From the NCBI GenBank assembly GCA_039810425.1, contig JBDHWW010000023.1:1-52103 (forward strand): a DNA stretch of 52,103 nucleotides, in the 5' to 3' direction. This document shows, in pieces, positions 47,859 through 52,103 of the stretch. A program made the position numbers and the translations under genes. The stretch's first letter is position 1. Every line of letters starts with the position of its first letter. This DNA comes from Pseudobdellovibrionaceae bacterium. GTDB taxonomy: Bacteria > Bdellovibrionota > Bdellovibrionia > Bdellovibrionales > Bdellovibrionaceae. The notes beneath the pieces were generated by a model. The model worked only from the letters and a program-made list of their open reading frames with translations, did not search any database and was not told the DNA's origin.

Positions 47859-50800
47859 ATGGTTGAACTTTCAATTAAACGCCCCGTTTTTATTACCTGC
47901 CTCTTTGTTCTGATTATTATTGCGGGATTGATTTCCTTAAAGAAACTTTCCGTCGACCTGTTTCCGGATGTGACTTTTCCCATCGTGATGGTGCAAACAC
48001 CTTACTCCGGTGCCGGCCCATCTGAGATCGAGACTCTTGTCACGAAACCGATTGAGGACGAACTTGCATCTGTTTCCGGTATTAAGACTTTGAGTTCCAT
48101 CTCTCAAGAGGGCGTGAGCACCGTTGTTGTGGAATTCAATTTGGCCGTGGATATCAAGTACGCGGAACAGCAGGTCCGGGACCGCGTCGCGAAAGTTAAA
48201 AACAAACTTCCTGAAGACGCGGATGAAGCCATCATCCGCCGCGTGGATCCGGCCGATCAGCCCATCATGATGGTGGCGATTGAGTCCGACCTTCCGCCTG
48301 CGCAGCTCTATGATTTGGCCGACCAGGTGGTGAAGCCACGTTTTGAGCAGGTGGATCAAGTGGGTCTCGTTGATATCCTTGGCGGCCGGAAGCGTGAAAT
48401 TCGTGTCGAACTGGATCTTAAGAAAATCTCGGACCATGAGATTTCGGCCTCCTCGATCCGTGGCAGCCTCGGGACGACGGGTAAGAACACGCCTGCCGGT
48501 AAAATCGATAAAGGTGATAAGACCAGCGTCGTTCGTACGCTCGGTGAGTTCCGCACGATTGACGAGATCAAGCAGATTCCCGTGAACTACCAGAACGTCC
48601 TTCATCCGGTAAAGATCGGCGAGATCGCGCAAGTCACGGATACTTTGCAGGATGAAACTTCTCGCACGTACGTGAATGGCAAGTCGGGAATTTTATTGCA
48701 AATTTACCGTCAGTCGGGTGCGAACACGATTGCGGTTGCGGACAACATTGTTAAGAAGATGGGCCAGATTAATAAAGAAATCGCCGGCCAAGGGACGTTG
48801 AAGCTGGTGCAAGATGGGGCAAAGCCCATCCGGGCAAACGTGTATGACGTGAACGAGACGATCATCATCGGTATTATTCTCACAATCGTGGTGGTGTTCT
48901 TCTTTCTTTCATCTTTGCGTTCAACACTTATTACAAGCCTAGCGCTTCCGAACTCGCTCCTCGGGGCTTTTATTTTAATGGCGGTCGCCGGTTTCTCGAT
49001 CAACATCATGAGTCTTTTGGCACTTTCTCTCGCCGTGGGTCTTTTGGTGGATGACGCCATCGTTGTGCGTGAGAATATTTTCCGCCACATCGAAATGGGT
49101 AAGACGGCAAAGCAGGCATCGCTCGATGGAACAAAAGAAGTACTGCTCGCGGTGATCGCGACCACGATGACGGTTATTGCTGTGTTCGGTCCGATTGGGT
49201 TTTTAAGCGGTGTGGTAGGCCAGTTCTTTAAAGAGTTCGGTCTGACGATCTGTTTTGCGATGATGATTTCCCTGGCTGATGCGATCACCATGGCGCCGAT
49301 GATGTCCGCCTACTTTGCCGGTAAGGGGCACCAAAATATCGCGGATAAGAAAATCTCTTCGAATAAGTTCTTGGCCCTCATTGATTTGACGCTGAAAAAG
49401 TTCGATCGCTTCCAAACCTGGCTTGAGGACGTTTATGTCAAAGTTCTCGAGATCACGATGAAACGCCCAAAATTGATTTTGTTCTCCGCAGTGGGTATTT
49501 TCATCGTCTCTTTGATGCTTGCGAAGTTTATCCCTAAAACTTTCTTGCCACCGCAGGACAACGGGGAGTTCATGGTGGCCTTGGATCTTCCTCCGGGCAC
49601 AAGCCTTGAGCGCATGGACACCGTGGCGAAACAGATCGATGTGGTTTTGCGCCAGCAGAAAGAAATTAAGCAAACCGTTTTGAGCGTAGGGAATGCTCAA
49701 GGTGAGTCGAATAAAGCAAGCGCTTTCGTGGAGATGGTACCCTCCAGAGATCGTAAAGTGAATACGAGTGATTTTAAGGCGCAAATCCGCGAGCTTCTAA
49801 AACCATTCGCCTACGCCAATCCGGTTGTAAAAGACCAAGATAAAACAGGCGGCAGCGCGCGTCCGTTTACCTTGAATATCGTGGGCAGCGATCAAGCCCA
49901 GCTTGAAAAAGAAGCGACTTTCGTTCTTGAAAAACTAAAGCATCATCCGGCGTTGCTGGACGTGGACACCAGCTTCCGCCCAGGTAAGCCTGAAATCCAA
50001 ATCGACATCAATCCCGCACGGGCGGCGGCCGTGGGAGTGTTAAACACTCAGGTGGGTAACGAGTTGCGCGCGCTTGTGGAGGGGGTGACTCCGGCGGTTT
50101 TCCGTGAAGGTGGCAAAGAGTACGATGTGCGTGTGCGTTTGCAAGAAAATCAGCGTGACATTAAGCAATACTTGGAGCATGTGAGAATCCCTGCAATGAA
50201 TGGGCGTCTCACCTACTTACGTCTTTTTGCCGACGTGAAAGAAGCGCAAGGTCCGACGACGATCAATCGTCAGGACCGTATCCGTTACATCCAGATCACA
50301 GGTGACATCGCGCCGAAGGGGCCTGGGATGGGGGCGGCAATTGCTGACGTGAAACAGCTTCTCGAGAAAGATCACCCGCTCCCGGCGGGCATGAGCTACA
50401 AATTCGTGGGTCAGGCCGAGAACTTCCAAGAGCTGCTCGTGAACATCGTCGTTGCCATGGGTCTGGGTGTTTTATTCATCTACATGGTTTTGGCGTCACT
50501 CTATGAGTCTTTCGTGACTCCGCTCACGATCATGCTCGTGTTACCACTGGCTGCCTGTGGTGCCTTCTATGCGCTTTTGATCACTCAGAGTTCGCTCGAT
50601 TTGTTCTCGATGATCGGGTGTGTGATGCTCTTGGGTATTGCGACAAAGAATTCCATCATCTTGGTGGATTACATCAATCAATCAATGCAGGCCGGACTCA
50701 ACATGCATGATGCGATCTTGAAGGCCGGTAAAAACCGTCTTCGTCCGATCTTGATGACATCGTTTGCGTTGATCGCGGGGATGTTGCCGGTTGCCATTGG

Positions 50801-51077
50801 CCTGAATGAAGCCTCCAAGCAACGAACAAGCATGGGGGTTGCGATCATCGGTGGTCTGATCAGCTCGACGCTGCTAACGCTTGTGGTGATTCCAGCGGCT
50901 TACGGTTACGTCGAACGCAGCCGTCGCTGGGGTAATAAATTCTTCGGTAAGCTTGTGACAAAGGACGAGGATTTTGCTCTTCACAACGAAGCCGCGAATG
51001 CAGCTCCGGCTGTTTTACAAAGCAAGGGCGCCGCGGAAGCGACGACAATCACTCCGGACCTTGAACCTCAGGTGTAA
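47859..51077 (+). CDS. RND efflux transporter permease (AcrB/HAE1 family)
   Basis: LSIKRPV, GLLVDDAIVVRENI, KNSIILVD, RLRPILMT; 1072 aa with two TM blocks. Confidence 0.96.
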   Translation: MVELSIKRPVFITCLFVLIIIAGLISLKKLSVDLFPDVTFPIVMVQTPYSGAGPSEIETLVTKPIEDELASVSGIKTLSSISQEGVSTVVVEFNLAVDIKYAEQQVRDRVAKVKNKLPEDADEAIIRRVDPADQPIMMVAIESDLPPAQLYDLADQVVKPRFEQVDQVGLVDILGGRKREIRVELDLKKISDHEISASSIRGSLGTTGKNTPAGKIDKGDKTSVVRTLGEFRTIDEIKQIPVNYQNVLHPVKIGEIAQVTDTLQDETSRTYVNGKSGILLQIYRQSGANTIAVADNIVKKMGQINKEIAGQGTLKLVQDGAKPIRANVYDVNETIIIGIILTIVVVFFFLSSLRSTLITSLALPNSLLGAFILMAVAGFSINIMSLLALSLAVGLLVDDAIVVRENIFRHIEMGKTAKQASLDGTKEVLLAVIATTMTVIAVFGPIGFLSGVVGQFFKEFGLTICFAMMISLADAITMAPMMSAYFAGKGHQNIADKKISSNKFLALIDLTLKKFDRFQTWLEDVYVKVLEITMKRPKLILFSAVGIFIVSLMLAKFIPKTFLPPQDNGEFMVALDLPPGTSLERMDTVAKQIDVVLRQQKEIKQTVLSVGNAQGESNKASAFVEMVPSRDRKVNTSDFKAQIRELLKPFAYANPVVKDQDKTGGSARPFTLNIVGSDQAQLEKEATFVLEKLKHHPALLDVDTSFRPGKPEIQIDINPARAAAVGVLNTQVGNELRALVEGVTPAVFREGGKEYDVRVRLQENQRDIKQYLEHVRIPAMNGRLTYLRLFADVKEAQGPTTINRQDRIRYIQITGDIAPKGPGMGAAIADVKQLLEKDHPLPAGMSYKFVGQAENFQELLVNIVVAMGLGVLFIYMVLASLYESFVTPLTIMLVLPLAACGAFYALLITQSSLDLFSMIGCVMLLGIATKNSIILVDYINQSMQAGLNMHDAILKAGKNRLRPILMTSFALIAGMLPVAIGLNEASKQRTSMGVAIIGGLISSTLLTLVVIPAAYGYVERSRRWGNKFFGKLVTKDEDFALHNEAANAAPAVLQSKGAAEATTITPDLEPQV

Positions 51078-51157
51078 CCACGCTAGGCTTGTTAAAGGTG
51101 GGGTGCTGCTTTGGTTCCGGAAGACCGGCTTTCCGCTCTGTTCTTTGGAGGCGATCA

Positions 51158-51736
51158 ATGAAATCTCTTCTGGCATTTACAGCCGTTCTTTTAGGGCTCA
51201 GCAGTTCTTGCTGGGCTACGACTCCTGAATATATTGAAATCAAAGAAACTCCGCCGCTAAGACTAGAAGTTACAGCTTCGGGTGGCGTGGCTTTGCAAAC
51301 GGGCTATTTGACATCGAAAGGCTCAGTGGGGAGTTACATCCTCGGCGTTAATTTCGTGATGCCGGGGGGGCTGTTCTCGTTTGAATGGCAGGGCTTTGAG
51401 GCAGATCACGACACCGGCGAGTTTGCGCTTAATAACAATAAAGCCGCGTCGGTCTTGACGATGTCTTTCATTCCACATGTGCTAGTCTATAGACGCGACG
51501 CTTGGAATGTCTATCTTGGAATTGGTTTTGCCAATGTGGGTCTTTATCAGACGAGTCCTGATTACGCGATCAATTACGGAAGTTTTATTATGGCGGGGTT
51601 GCTCCGTTATGAAATCACACCGAAGTGGGCCATTCATTACAAAACTCAGTGGTACAATGTTGTTCAGGCCTTCAACGACCAAAAAACAAGTTTTGAGGTC
51701 TGGAATCACATGATAGGCACTGGGTATAGCTTCTAA
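51158..51736 (+). CDS. Outer-membrane beta-barrel protein (putative)
   Basis: Signal peptide after GGAGG RBS, alternating aromatic beta-strands, C-terminal GTGYSF beta-signal. Confidence 0.75.
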   Translation: MKSLLAFTAVLLGLSSSCWATTPEYIEIKETPPLRLEVTASGGVALQTGYLTSKGSVGSYILGVNFVMPGGLFSFEWQGFEADHDTGEFALNNNKAASVLTMSFIPHVLVYRRDAWNVYLGIGFANVGLYQTSPDYAINYGSFIMAGLLRYEITPKWAIHYKTQWYNVVQAFNDQKTSFEVWNHMIGTGYSF

Positions 51737-51962
51737 AACTGCCCCCTTACGCTGTCTCGTTGTTATAAACAAAAGAAAAGACACCTTAATCCGCAAATAT
51801 ATCTCCAACTCGTAGAAGGACCTTCTTCCTCAATGAAACCATGTCTACATGCAAACCCTTATCCGGCCCGCGTTGCTGTGAGTGCTTGGTGATAATGTGT
51901 CGATGTGAAATCAAGGCTTTGGTGGAGAATACAGAGTTTTTTATTGCCGCAGAGTCACTGCA

Positions 51963-52083
51963 AACAGACATCCTGTCTGTTGAGGGCTCTCCCCTCAAAC
52001 TCCCGCTACTCCTGATGCCTCCCGCATCAGGAGTTCCAGGCTTAATTGAGATAATAAAGACGGACCCGGATGGTCCGTCTTTT
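51963..52083. ncRNA. Candidate multi-hairpin small RNA
   Basis: Hairpins at 51963-51981, 51980-51998 and 52008-52034, plus a terminator-like hairpin at 52056-52083. Confidence 0.35.
52056..52083. terminator. Terminator-like hairpin, possibly bidirectional
   Basis: AAAGACGGACC-CGGAT-GGTCCGTCTTTT. Confidence 0.7.
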
Positions 52084-52103
52084 CCCGGGGAATGGGGGCG
52101 GAC

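Noticed and set aside
51786..51998. 70-aa minus-strand ORF at the window end
   Set aside because: TTG start, no motif, and it overlaps the hairpin cluster, which is better explained as RNA structure
1..52103. CRISPR array, tRNA, rRNA or prophage
   Set aside because: No regularly spaced repeats, cloverleaf structures, rRNA-like tracts or phage genes seen; intergenic gaps are short

Overview
Bacterial chromosomal segment whose gene content and protein style suggest a Bdellovibrio-like organism (inference from the transposase remnant, TIGR04552-like protein, cheY-cheX-degenerate HD-GYP cluster, maeB-fadI-fadJ and many secreted hypotheticals). The first ~9.7 kb is a dense signalling island next to a truncated Y1/HUH transposase remnant. 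It encodes one membrane hybrid histidine kinase, two Hpt modules, three OmpR/PhoB regulators, an active and a pseudo single receiver, and three HPF/RaiA-like (ribosome hibernation factor fold) domains, one fused to a receiver. Two related operons in the island face each other and look like an old inverted duplication. This candidate phosphorelay-to-ribosome-hibernation system is the top finding. The rest is mostly housekeeping: rluA-type synthase, secreted DUF1524 nuclease, queG, CCA enzyme, cheX/cheY, LuxR HTH, thioesterase, hflX, a 2922-aa cyclic beta-1,2-glucan synthase, maeB, fadI/fadJ, pgi, a RelA/SpoT-like TIGR04552 protein, plsC, hbd-crt-icmF, an orphan RND pump and an outer-membrane protein. 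A multi-hairpin candidate sRNA lies at the right end. No rRNA, tRNA or CRISPR array was seen. All calls come from motif recognition by eye; no searches were run.
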